Assembly (NCBI GenBank): GCA_030141605.1
Contig: JAQGDQ010000724.1
Location: forward strand, 1-64,000
DNA: 64,000 nucleotides
Direction of reading: 5' to 3'
From: Tubiluchus corallicola
Taxonomy: Eukaryota; Animalia; Priapulida
Shown here: in pieces, positions 48,621 to 61,272 of the stretch
Layout: the number at the start of each line of letters is the position of its first letter
How positions within the stretch are numbered: position 1 is the first letter of the stretch
Made by a program: the position numbers and the translations under genes
The notes under the pieces: generated by a model
Told to the model about the DNA's origin: nothing
The model's input: the letters and a program-made list of their open reading frames with translations, nothing else
The model's database searches: none

Positions 48621-50369
48621 AACGTGTTTCCGAAATAATTTGGCATTCATAGTAGTGACCAAAGGATGTTCATTTATATGTGACGGTAAGGAATTCCATA
48701 TCGGCACTACACGATTTGAGTAGAAATGAGGAAACAACTTTTGGAAACACGTCTTACATATCAGTAAGATGATTCCGCCCAGTGTTATCGGTTATTCGGT
48801 TAGTGTGAACTACACTTAATATGCGAGAATTAAATTACTAAAAAAGAGAGTAATAAAAAAATGATAAACAAGAGATCGGTGGCAAGTGTTAGCATAAAAC
48901 TGAAGACCTTCTTGTTGCTTTTAATTTATGACTTTTTCGAATATGAAACTTTCTGTTGCTTTCGTAATCCGGTACTAGAAGATTTGAATAGGTTTGGAGG
49001 ACCTGTTCCAATAGTCAATATGCTGTTGTGACCCCCTCCCGCCCCAGCCCGCCATCTGGCATTTGTGCTTGTGTTGTGTTTTGTTTCTCTCGGAAGGCTC
49101 GTAGAAAAAACCAGAAAACACGTCATCAAATTAAACTAGTTTATTATACGAGAATTCTACAACACAAAAGTATGAAGGAACGCGAAATGTTTACAGTTAA
49201 TGTGATAATCTAGAAACGCGAAAGCGAGAAAGCGTATCTGAGAATACGAGGATACAAGAGAATAAACTCCAGCGGCCAGCTCCGCTTTATATATCAGTGC
49301 CAAGGAATAATCTAGAAATAGAAAGTTCTGGACATTTCTACAAGGCAAGAATATTGTTATCGGATTTGAAAATGGGGCAATATATGAAAAATCATCTTGT
49401 CTTCCTTTAAATTAATTTCCTTATATAGTTAAAGGTTAAAAGCTTTTTGGAATAAAAAGATTTTGAGACTTCTTTTAGAAATAAATAGTGATTCTGACTG
49501 CCGTATGTTAATTGGTGTTTTGTTCCACAATAGAGGAACGGGGAGGATGAGACTGACCGTCGTCCACAAGTGGCCAGCTTTATTCTAGGTTGGACGCTCC
49601 CATTTTCAATGCCCATGACGTCATTGGAAGAAAAATGGGCATTGAAAATGGCAGTCTTGAATAAAAGTATGTCTTACTCAAAAGTAAAATAAGTTTTTAC
49701 AAAAAAAATAGGTAGAGAATTTTGTAATATTTTTGCGTGAACATTAGGAAGCTGCAGAAATTTGAATAGTTTGTTAAGCATCGCGCGCTTACGGAAAGCC
49801 GCGACTCGCTTACGAAAAGTCACGAAGTCGTCGGTTACGTGAAAATATCTGTAAAGTGGTAGTACATTTTAAATTTATGCTTTATAGACAGTTTTTTTGC
49901 AAATTCCGTTGTTATATTTTTCTAAGTTTAACAGATAACAATAAATTCAACATACTGAGTGAGTTGCCCTTTCTTTTAAAGAAGGAGTGAATAATAGGTG
50001 AGAGACTTCAAATTTAAACTAATGTCATTGGTTTCTATTAAGTACTATGATATAGTAAGTACATGTAATTTTATGAGCACACATTAAAATGCATTTGTCC
50101 AAGGTTATAATTTAACAATTTTTTTTAAAACATTTACTTTTTTAGAGCATTACCTAACACTGTTACGTAACTTCAGTTTCAGAAAGCTGTCCTACTGTGT
50201 GCCTACAACACATCGTCCTAGAAAAAAATAAACCGTTTATGCTCAAGTGTCTGAAACGTTTTTCCGGCATCATCAATCTTTTAAAACAAAAACTTGCTTA
50301 AGGTGCTTCCTAGGCAGAAATTAGTTAATCCATTCTTGAGGTGGAGGTCGAATATCAAAGTTAGTTGTA

Positions 50370-51100
50370 TAAAAAATTATAAAAACAAGATGTTTGGAAA
50401 CTATCTTCGTATTTTCGATACTACAACAAATAAAAATAAATTAAAAAAACAAGATGTTTGGAAACTATCTTGGTATTTTCGATACTATGACAAATAAAAA
50501 TAAGTTAATAAAAACAAGATGTTTGGAAACTATTTTGGTATTTTCGATACTATAACAAGTAAAAAGAAATTAATAAAAACAAGATGTTTGGAAACTATCT
50601 TGGTATTTTCGATACTATAACAAATAAAAATAAATTAATAAAAACAAGATGTTTGGAAACTATCTTCGTATTTTCGATACTACAACAAATAAAAATAAAT
50701 TAATAAAACCAAGATGTTTGGAAACTATCTTGGTATTTTCGATACTATGACAAATAAAAATAAGTTAATAAAAACAAGATGTTTGGAAACTATGTTGGTA
50801 TTTTCGATACTATAAAAAATAAAAATAAATTAATAAAAACAAGATGTTTGGAAACTATCTTGGTATTTTCGATACTATAACAAATAAAAATAAATTAATA
50901 AAAACAAGATGTTTGGAAACTATCTTGGTATTTTCGATACTATAACAAATAAAAATAAATTAATAAAAACAAGATGTTTGGAAACTATGTTGGTATTTTC
51001 GATACTATAACAAGTAAAAATAAATTAATAAAAACAAGATGTTTGAAAACTATCTTGGTATTTTCGATACTATAACAAATAAAAATAAATTAATAAAATA
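50370..51100. repeat. 65-bp AT-rich minisatellite, ~11 copies
   Basis: AAGATGTTTGGAAACTAT at 50387, 50451, 50516, 50581, 50646 and onward. Confidence 0.95.
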
Positions 51101-52295
51101 AACAACGGATTAACTTTAAAAAACCGCTCTTATGATCTCATATACAGGTGGATCTACCAGCCTAATTACAGTTGGACACTTCGTAGAAGAAATTGTGTTT
51201 AAAACTGTCGTTATTGTTTTTCTGTCATTATTGAACCATTTGGGTACAATTGCGAGCAATGACCTGAGCACGGAGTGTAAAATCTCCCATTTTTTACAAA
51301 ATGTGAACTTGTTCCTGAGGTGAATATATGGAGCACCGACCCAGTCATACTTGGTCAAAAACTTGAACACCAAGTCTCTGTGAATATTCGTGTAAGCCTG
51401 CTGTGACCGTCCTGTAGTGGCATTGTTGATCTGCATGATTTGAGTGTGTGAAGAAAATAAGTGACATCAGATTTTATCAGAAAGGTATAAATTCTTGTCA
51501 TCTAAATGTTTTTAATGGAGTGTTTACGATAGTAAGTAACTAAAAGAATTGTCACGTGACGTAGTCTAAGCAAGTTTGTTTGTTCTGCCATAGTAACGTT
51601 TTTTATTTAAGAAAATGGCAGGAGACACATTGCACTTATGCTAGCCATATAATACAATATATGTACGATTTACTTCGAATTATTGTAAATGCAATGCATG
51701 CATTCGGTTAGCTGTGTAAATAAAATAGCTGCGTAAACAATGTCGGTTAGTAGTCAAAAAAACCTACACATTCACACAAATAAAATGTGCCATTAACTAA
51801 CATACGTATACGATGTTGAGTTTGATTTTACAATTATTCACGACATAAATATTGTAGAATGACGATAAATTGCAGATTGTCTAAAAAGGAAAATTCACTT
51901 CTGGTTAAGTCATTTAAAACATCTTTGACAAATGAAAGAGTGAGTCTTTGAGCCTACGTAAGCTCTCTAGCTTTCTTACATATGAATCTTTTAATTTTTA
52001 AATAGTCACATTTGTTGTAATTATCATACTTACATTTAACAAATCGTAGATTGTAATACAAAGTAATTTGTGATATATATTTACAATCACAGTTGTAGAA
52101 AACGCATGCGCAGTAAAAACTTCATCATTAAACGAGAAAAAAACGTAAAAACCTTAAAAGAAACTTAAAACGGAGAAGCACTACATACAGTAAAGAAAAA
52201 ATGGCTTACATTAAACTATTAAAATGGCAAAAGCTTAAAAAATTGCATTTTGTTAGTTTACTGTTGAAAATGGCAACGTTTGTTGCATTAACCAG

Positions 52296-54066
52296 GTCAT
52301 AATTAAGATCATTCCTAATAGGGACTACTCTATTTGAGAACGAATATTTGTGTACACGTCATAATTAAGATCATTCCTGATAGGGACTACTCTATTTGAG
52401 AACGAATACTGGTGTACACGTCATAATTAAGATCATTCCTGATAGGGACTGCTCTATTTGAGAACGAATACTCGTGTACACGTCATAATTAAGATAATTC
52501 CTGATAGGGACTACTCTATTTGAGAACGAATATTTGTGTACACGTCATAATTAAGATCATTCCTGATAGGGACTACTCTATTTGAGAACGAATATTTGTG
52601 TACACGTCATAATTAAGATCATTCCTGATAGGGACTACTCTATTTGAGAACGAATATTTGTGTACACGTCATAATTAAGATCATTCCTGATAGGGACTAT
52701 GTAATGTGGGGCGGATCTCACAATCAAGTATGAGCAATCAGCGCTCTTATTGTTTGGTAGCGTGTGTCATACTACTCAGTTTTTACTCAATATATTTCTT
52801 GAACACAAAACGTGAAACTAATTTTATGCAGTTTTTATGATAAGATAAGCCTTTAATATTCATAAATGTTGATTATATAAAATTAGTTCAAACCAAATGA
52901 CAGCAGTTAATTTGTACCCGGGTACCAGTTCAATAAATGTGTTGCTACACAACTCAAAATTTACAGGCTGGAAATACTTTCAGATGCTACAAACAATACT
53001 CAAAAATTACTTTTGGCTAACGAAAGAAAATAATCTAATAGTTCACCAATACTTGTTAATAGTAAGTCTATAAAGTAAGGCTTCATCCACACGAGGTTGT
53101 AATGTAAGCTATCAGCACTTCCAACTGAGTCTTAGTTTTACCAGCCACTGCCAGTCGAAGCAAGTATCGTTGTACAAAAGGAAGCAACAGGCTGTGGCCT
53201 AGTAGTTAAACAAAAGAAACGAGAATTTATCACTTACAGTCTCTGCATCAATGAAAGTATACGTCAGCAATACTTATCGGCGGTAGCACGACGACGAAGG
53301 TGGCGGATCCACAACATCGGTGTGCAACACCCGGGTGTTTAGAGCATAGCTGAACTGCGAAGTCATAAGCAGATGGGAGTCATTCCCGGAAGCGTTCTGC
53401 GTTGGTAGCCCGGTAGTTTGGTTATCGCGTCAGATGTCACAATGTAACTCGATGTAAACAAATGGTGAACAGGGCTTAATACTAGAACTGCCCAAATAGT
53501 CACTAACACGTAGTTGGAACATTCACTAAACATTAGCGTTAGGTAGAGCCAGCTAAAGTTGCACGATTTATATGCAAAGAGGCAAAACATATGTTAAAAA
53601 AACTGTCCAGCATTATATCTGCCCACAAGTCACTCTTGCCAAGAGCCACGTCGTTCCCTACACATCTGTGTGAAAAGACCTCTAAAGCCGGTTGTCTAAT
53701 AGTCTGGCTTCAATAACACTATAGCAGGATAACCCGTATTTGCATATCCGTTCGACGAGTTTACCCTAGATTTGACCTATGCGCATAACTAAAGTGTAAC
53801 ACCTGGTTTATACATTGAACAGCTATAAACAACAATTTTATACAGCCTAAACTAAATTACGTATACTACCGTAAAGTTTACATTGGCTAGAAAAACATAT
53901 CTCGTTCTACAACGAAGTTAAGTTAGTAATAACTAAATCTAGTTACAAATACAAAGATATATGCTAAGCTGGTCGTTACAGACTACTCTATTTGAGAACG
54001 AATACTTGTGTACACGTCATAATTAAGATCATTCCTGATAGGGACTACTCTATTTGAGAACGAATA
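52296..54066. repeat. 62-bp minisatellite (~6.5 + 1.4 copies) interrupted by a solo LTR
   Basis: GGGACTACTCTATTTGAGAACGAATA at 52321, 52383, 52445 and onward; the array resumes in register at 53981. Confidence 0.93.
52700..53980. mobile_element. Solo LTR (1281 bp)
   Basis: TGTAATG...CGTTACA termini; 5-bp TSD GACTA at 52695-52699 and 53981-53985. Confidence 0.88.
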
Positions 54067-55025
54067 TACCTGCTTGAAAGACTTGAGTATCTAAATTAAA
54101 CAAATGAGTCATTACAAAAGAAAATTCTTAGTAATTTAAAATATTCGCGCCACCTGGCAAAATGTCACTAACTGATCTTCCTAGTGTGAACCACTGACTC
54201 ACCAAAAAACGTATTTTTAGTTATTATTACGTAATTAAACATATTACTTTATCCACAAGATACAGTAATTTATATTTTTGCTTAGTTAGTGAAGAATGCG
54301 CTACGAATGCTATGATTACTTTTCCAAACTTTCGGCATGTTATCTAAACTTGTTTCAAACGGTTTGCCGTTAAAATGGATGCGCCTAACGTCATCGCCAG
54401 AGTTTAAATTTGCTAGTTTTATACAGCCTTGCGCACTATCCTTGCTAATAACGCACACCCTATATGCAACAAGACAGCATGTAAGTGATACAAATTTTCA
54501 AACGTTAAAAGGTGGCAAGCGCAAAAAACCTTTTACTTACATAAAGTAAAAGAAATTCTCTTGAAAAGTTGTAATCAGGGCATTCGTAGCGCACACGTCA
54601 CTAACTAAATAAAATTTTAAATGACTGTATCTTGTCAATAAGATTAAAATACGTTTTTGGTTAGCGAATGGCGCACCCTGGAGGGTGAGTCAGTGACATT
54701 TCACCAATTGGTGAAAACCTTTTAAATAAATAATATTTTTTTTCTATTTTCTAGTTACATAAGTCCTTCAAGCAGGTAAGCCAAACGCTAAGTAATGTAG
54801 AATTAATTTAACATTTCCTTTTCTTCCCCTGATTTACGTTGTGCGTATATGACGTCATGTAATAGCACCATCTAAACAGTATTGCGGGAGATTTAAAATG
54901 AAAACAAACGAAAATTCCTTTCAACGATTTACGATGTACACCAAAAATTACTATAAAGTAAAATAATAGTTTAAGGCGATTTTTCTGAAACCTGATTTAG
55001 GTTCCCCTTTTTTCTTGTCCTTTAA
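54067..55025. mobile_element. Palindromic Kolobok-like non-autonomous element (left arm truncated)
   Basis: Ends CTTGTCCT|TTAA; ACCTGCTTGAAAGACTT (54068) is inverted at ~54761-54777; same family as the 21.07-21.65 kb copy. Confidence 0.65.
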
Positions 55026-57554
55026 TAGTTATCAATACACAAAGTAGTTGTACATTAAATGCAATCTCGGATCTCTAGAGTATGACCAAATTCCAGTAAT
55101 CATAACAAAATACGAGGTAAGCTGTCTGTCATCATTTTTGGCTAGAAAAAAAATCATAAAACTTTATTTTTATCAAAATAAAATAAGTCTAACCAAATAA
55201 CAGGACGAGTTTATGAGAGATCCGTCAAACCGAGGTTGGTAACCCTGCCTAAAAAGTTGCTGCACTTGTTTTGCCTAGAAGTTGACAGCAAGAGCTGCAA
55301 AAGTCTTTAGGCTAATCATCATTAGAAACGTCGTTTATTAACTGTTTTCACGGGCGCCGCCAGAGTTTAAAAAATTTGTCGCACAAGCAGCTAGGCGGTT
55401 TGGGGGAGCGAAGTTCCCCCGGCGGGGTCCGGGCGAAACTACCAACATATTTTCCCGTATTTCAGCACATTTTGGAGACCTCAAATGAGATCTAACTGGT
55501 ACATAAACTTCCTCAAACGTTAAAAGTTCTCCTTTAATAACTATATTTTACCTACATTTACCTAGGTAATATTGATTGTATTCTATTGTAGTAGTCATAT
55601 ATCTTAAAATCAAGTTCGTAATACACTGCAATGCTGATGACCCATTACTTAAGCTTAATTTATTTAGTGTCAAGATTATCTATCCAGCAAAATGTGGATA
55701 GTGAAACATTAAACTGATTTGAGACTGTTAAGTTTACAGCCCATCCATTGTTCATACAAAATTTAATATGTTTGCATGTGTGCTAATTTTTCCCACCAGA
55801 CACAGCTAAACGACAGAACGTCTCGGCCTCACATGCATTTTACTGCATTTTAGACCATTTTGCGGTTGCTAGAAGCTATTTCCTCAGGTAAGTTCACTAG
55901 TTTAAAACTCATTATTGCCCAAACAAACGAGAGTTGACGTGTTTCTTAGTTTATTGCTAAAAAATCTTATATAGCCGTAAAATTTTTTTAATTTAAGAAA
56001 TTCTGTGGACGTACCACCGTGACTATTTTGCGACGTTCAATAGATTCTCTCGGCAATCGAAGAGCAGCTGCTAACAGCCCAAAAACTACCAAAATTTTGG
56101 AGCAGTAATAGTATTTTCTTAATTCACCAACTGCGTTGTTTATGCGGACACAAATTGTGATTAGTAATCTTGTGTATCGTCTTGAGTAAAATCTCACAAC
56201 ATTCAAGTTCTTGTGGCTTAATTTTGATTTTGATTTAATATGTTATTTCAAACTTTACAAAGTTCATATACACATCACAAATTAATACAAATAATACAAT
56301 AAATCATGACACCCAATAATAACACAAATAACAATTAACGATATAACATACTGCGCGAATATCTTCTAACTACAGTAGTAAAGTTTACATCACTGTTTAA
56401 AATGCTGTTGCATATAAAATTTTCACTCTTATTCAGCCTGACATATAAACTGTATGCACATTCTGTGAATCACATCAAAATAAATAGTATTAAGTCTAGC
56501 AGAAATATATCTGGCGCTCATATCATATGAAAAGTTAAACAGCTTCCGTGTTGATACATTATATGCAACCTTGAGTTTACTAAGATTGTAAGAATAAAAA
56601 TGTCTCCAAGTGGATATACAATAAAAGTATTGCAGTGAGTATTAAACAATTATATCTTCACGTTAACTGAACAGTGAGTAAATTTCATGAGTAATCTATT
56701 TGCTCTGCCATAGTAAATTGAACGTTGTCGTAATATGCCTAAATCATCTCTATTGTCTTCTAATAAAATATGACCCAGATATTTTTCTTTTTTACTAGGT
56801 ACAAAACTTTTGCACTACAAAACAACAGACCCAAAAGTAAGCTGCTGCATGTGGGAAGAGTAGGCTAGATATTTACTGTTTTCCTACAACAAACATTAAT
56901 TGTATTGTTAAGTGGAACTATAAATAGTTATTGCGTCGTTCTCATTAGTTATTATTAATAATAAGCGTTTTCACAGTTTCGTTGCACGCACGCGCAGTTC
57001 CTGCACTTCAAAGGTTGCGCACGCGCAGTTCCTGCAATTCAAAGGTTAAGTGCACCACAGCAACGCGCCTTAGCTACAACCGTCATCAGTAACATGTGGG
57101 TAAAGCAAACGCCCGTCTATCGCATCAGTTCAGTAAAGTCAGTTGTTTTACGTGCACTTTACTTAATTATGCGCTCAGTCTGTGAATGTAGAGTGATTTA
57201 CTAGCAGGATCTTGCTTTGGAACAAGAAAAAATGAACTACGTAAAGTTCTAGCTAGCTATTAAAATCGTTACTATTACAGTAGCATAGGCTGCGAGGCTA
57301 TGACTAGTGCACTCCAATGCGTTGTCTGGTGCAGTTAACCTTTGACCTTTTAACGATCATCATCAATCGCTGGAACTGTAAAAAGGGTTATTGATAGATG
57401 ACACTGTGTTGTCAGCTAACGTATTTTAATGAGTCAGTGACGATTAGTCTTGAATTTATAAATAGGCCTATATAATAAAATTATGTTACTGAAATGATTA
57501 TTGAACTCTCCCTGATTTGGTTTTTTTCTTCTAGGCTAGACAAACTAACCACAG

Positions 57555-57630
57555 ATGGCAGCACCTGCTGAATGTTTCGTTTTCTTGGCCGTGCTGATAA
57601 TCTTTGCTATTACTGCTGTCCAATCAGAAG
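57555..57630 (+). CDS. Collagen-like gene, signal peptide exon
   Basis: [25 protein letters not shown], donor G|gttatt; strong acceptor ttttttcttctag ending at 57534 upstream. Confidence 0.75.
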
Positions 57631-60600
57631 GTTATTTGATATGTTATATTTTATTAATTAAAATTTACATGTGATTTAGGGCCCGAATCCGAATGGTATT
57701 CGAAACGAGACCGAGACGTTTTGCATTTAAAACGCGGAAATTAAAAACGCGTGGATTAGCACAAAAGGTTAAAGGTCACGGTGGCAGGACAGCAGTGGCG
57801 GCTCGTGTATAAGGCTGAATTGTACAACTATTGTTTGCAAAATCTTCAGTCTCTGGCCACGTCAGAAACATTATCAACTAGTTCTATGATTACAACTGCC
57901 ACGTTTTCTTATCCTATATGTTATCGCTTACTGAGATTACAATGAGAAATGCTTTACCTAGTGGCAGCTCATGTATAGGTACTGTTGTACTGCAGCACCC
58001 CCAGTTTTCACTCGTTATGAGCGACAATATTCAATATAATAAGTCTTTTTTCTTTAGTTCTTTTTTAATACTTGTGCAGAACCGGAGCACGCGAGGGAAG
58101 TATAATTTGCTTCACAGCTCAAGCAGCGCGGTGTTTGGCTGTTGTGCGCATGCGGCCAGGTTCACATGTCTGAGATAAGATGCTGTACATTAGGTAGAAA
58201 AGGTACTGTTGCTCACTGCAGTATCAGTTGTCACGTGCTTAAAAGCCGTGTATCGGCATATTCTTGAACAATTTAGGCTATTCGTAAGAAAACAATACTT
58301 TTTGTTTAGGAGTTTATCAAGGTTATGTTTAAATTAGTTTGTTTGTTTAAAATTACAATTACAACATTATAATTACATAATGTTTGTTTCGTTTTACACA
58401 GTATTAAAACAATGGCTAAAAATCTTTTAATTTTGCGTCACCGCCACCAATTTAGCTACGAGCCGCCACTGAACGACAATTACAACATTATAATTACATA
58501 ATGTTTGTTTCGTTTTACACAGTATTAAAACAATGGCTAAAAATCTTTTAAATTTGAATCACCCCCACCAATTTTAGCTACGAGCCGCCACTGAACGACA
58601 GAAACCTGCTAATAATACAACTTGTTTTAAGGGCACTGTGAATTTTTTCTTTCCAAGTGCTGTTCTTTTTTTTTATATTTGATTGAATGTTTAACGAACT
58701 TTTATATTAAAGCTTTCAACGTGTAGCTTTTATTGTACTAGATACTCCAGGTCCTCCAGGGCCATCAGGACCTCCGGGACCTTCAGGAGCTCCGGGTCCC
58801 GAAGGCCCCTCTGGTCCATCAGGGCCATCAGGTCCATCGGGGCCTACCGGAATTGGTGTGCCAGGGCCCTCTGGACCACCTGGTCCATCTGGAGTATGCC
58901 CTGTATGTCCACCTGGTCTACCTGGCCCACCAGGACCGCCTGGAGAAAAGGGTGATCCTGGCGATTCAGGAGAAGGTAAAGGTCCTTCTGGTGAAAAAGG
59001 TGATCCTGGACCACCAGGTCAAGATGGGCAAGATGGTACAGATGGTAACCCAGGTGACCCAGGGCAACCAGGAAGAGATGGCCGAGATGGTGCAGATGGT
59101 ACACCTGGTGCAATTGGTGATACTGGTGCACCAGGCCCCCCAGGTGTTCCAGGGCCTGCTGGCGGACCAGGTGTTCCTGGAAATCCTGGGCAAGATGGTG
59201 ATCCTGGGCAACCTGGCCTACCCGGCAGAGATGGCCGAGAAGGAGAACGTGGAGAAAAGGGACACCCAGGTCCAGAAGGACATCCAGGAAACCCAGGATT
59301 GGATGGTTGGCCTGGTGTTGATGGTATTCCTGGAGAAGATGGAAAGGATGGTGCAACGGGTGAGCCAGGACCAAAGGGAGACCCAGGCGAACCCGGATTT
59401 GGAATGAAAGGAATGAAAGGTGATCCTGGTTCTCCTGGTCAAGATGGAACTCCAGGATCGGCAGGACATCCAGGACATCCAGGAGCCGTAGGAGCACCAG
59501 GACCACAAGGAGAACCAGGTCTGCTTGGTAAGACTCATTCATAGTTTTTACATTCGTGATGTTCTTCTAACTGTTTGACACCATTCACAATTGTTTTGAT
59601 TTATAATTTTGTTTTATGATGTCAATCTTTATACGTGCACGGACACGAACTGGCAGTTGCAAGCAAGTTTTCGGAAGGATGCCGTAATCATAAAATTTGT
59701 AAATAACACGGCCCATTTGAAGTCCTCTCCTAGGAATGCTCTCTTTGTGGCCTGCCCTTGTTATGGTATTTATGTAGAACTAGCCTACTTCAAGATCAAG
59801 TGTTTTGGAATTCTGCATTTTTATTCTTTCCATCATTTCTGAACCGTGTCATTTCAGCAATTCGGCCATTCGTAACTTGTCTTTCCACAAACTAGCTGCA
59901 CAGTATTTTAAAACTGACTTTCAGTTGCTATACAAGGTCAAAGATCAGTTGTTGACCTTCAGTTAGTAATTCAAGGTCAAAAGATAGTCCTTTATATTCA
60001 GTCGATAGTTCAAAGTCAAAGGACAGTTTTCTCATTAAAAATGCAACACATATATCGTTCTATAGAGTTTTAATAATAGAAAGTTCATCACATATAGATG
60101 GGCAGTTCACCACTTCCTATGACAGATCGCTCACAAAATAGTGATTTTAACTAATTTGACTTATTTTTTTTAAATAGATTAAGTTTAAGCTCAAAATTTC
60201 ACGGACGGTTAATTAATTATTGAAATGTTAATGCAAGATTATTAAATCCAGGCTACTTTTCAACTTTCTCACACGTCCTGGTTTTCGAAGCTTGATATCA
60301 AAACTTTATTAATTGTTGGTTTATAACTTTATTAATAATAATCCTGACATTAAGATTATAGTAGTTAAGAGAGCGGTATAGCGTTTGGTTTTGTTTGTAA
60401 GAAAGTTTATAGTTATAGGCGTACGTATAACAATACAGCACAGGTACCAATTACGGCACAGAACTATCGAGTGCATCAAAACTGAACAATGAGAAAGGCC
60501 AGAGTCTAACCGCACTTACTGCCGTCATTGTCATCGTCATCATCATCATCATTATCATCATCCATCATTATCATCGTCGTCATCGTCATCATCATCGCCA

Positions 60601-60748
60601 TCTTCAGTTAATATTATTAATTATATTTTTTGTCTATATTTCAGGTGATACACGTAGAGTAGTCAAACCTGTTGTTATGGACAAGCATTATCGATCAAAT
60701 AACAGAAACAGATTCAAGAATACGAAACTTTTTCCTTATTTCTCGTAA
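57555..60748 (+). CDS. Short secreted collagen-like protein, ~321 aa; join(57555-57630, 58742-59527, 60645-60748)
   Basis: Signal-peptide exon, one large Gly-X-Y exon and a short basic terminal exon, joined by phase-1 GT-AG introns. Confidence 0.75.
57793..58593. mobile_element. hAT-like MITE with a tandemly duplicated right end, in the collagen intron
   Basis: TIR CAGTGGCGGCTCGT at 57793; ACGAGCCGCCACTG ending at 58471 and again at 58593; degenerate 8-bp TSD CAGGACAG/AACGACAG. Confidence 0.8.
58742..59527 (+). CDS. Collagen-like gene, triple-helix exon (~80 Gly-X-Y triplets with interruptions and a CPVC motif)
   Basis: Frame of ORF 58858-59544 extended to acceptor gtactag (an alternative in-frame acceptor ends at 58750); donor G|gtaaga. 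Confidence 0.93.
60523..60603. repeat. Imperfect (CAT)n microsatellite
   Basis: Run of CAT/CGT/TAT triplets. Confidence 0.9.
60645..60748 (+). CDS. Collagen-like gene, probable last coding exon (basic tail)
   Basis: tatatttcag| [34 protein letters not shown]; the phase matches. A GTAATT donor at 60745 could instead extend the gene. Confidence 0.6.
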
Positions 60749-60757
60749 TTTCCTAAC

Positions 60758-60979
60758 CAGTGGTGTAGCTGAGAGGGGAGCAAGGGTATTGTGCGATAAA
60801 ACTAGAAGGCTTTAGAAGAATCCTGTAAAGTCATTACTTTATTTATTTACTTTCTTTAAAACTGTATCTTCTTCATGCTTTGATTTTAAACACAAAATTA
60901 AAACTGTAATAAATGTGTTAAAATTTGTTTCGTACGTGTCACGTGCTCTAACTAACCTTAGACCCTGGCTACGCCCCTG
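60758..60979. mobile_element. Small hAT-like MITE
   Basis: CAGTGGTGTAGC...GCTACGCCCCTG termini; near 8-bp TSD TTCCTAAC/GTTCTAAC. Confidence 0.65.
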
Positions 60980-61272
60980 GTTCTAACTCCAGCTAATTGC
61001 ATTGATAATTAATAATTACCATTGTCTCAAGTATATTTTGTAGATAATATATACATAGTTTGTCATCCACTATCTAGGATGAAGTGTGACAGATATGCCC
61101 AGAGACCAGAGTAGCAAGCCTGTTTTTAGTGCATAGTTAGAGAATATAATTAAAATGAAGTAGCGAAATGTGTTCAGCCTACATAGAACACCTACCAGAA
61201 GTAGAAGTTTACTTTGTTGTGTTTGTTTATAAAACACGCAGAAGGAGTTTAAATTGCTACAAAATTTAAGTA

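Noticed and set aside
48300-48723. Repetitive ORFs (LQLHCLVCNYTTM, etc.)
   Set aside because: Translations of the 60-bp minisatellite.
50370-54066. CRISPR-like arrays
   Set aside because: Head-to-tail tandem repeats without unique spacers, in eukaryotic DNA with no cas genes.
58844-59542. Long antisense and alternative-frame ORFs over the collagen exon
   Set aside because: Expected shadows of GGN-CCN-rich Gly-X-Y codons.
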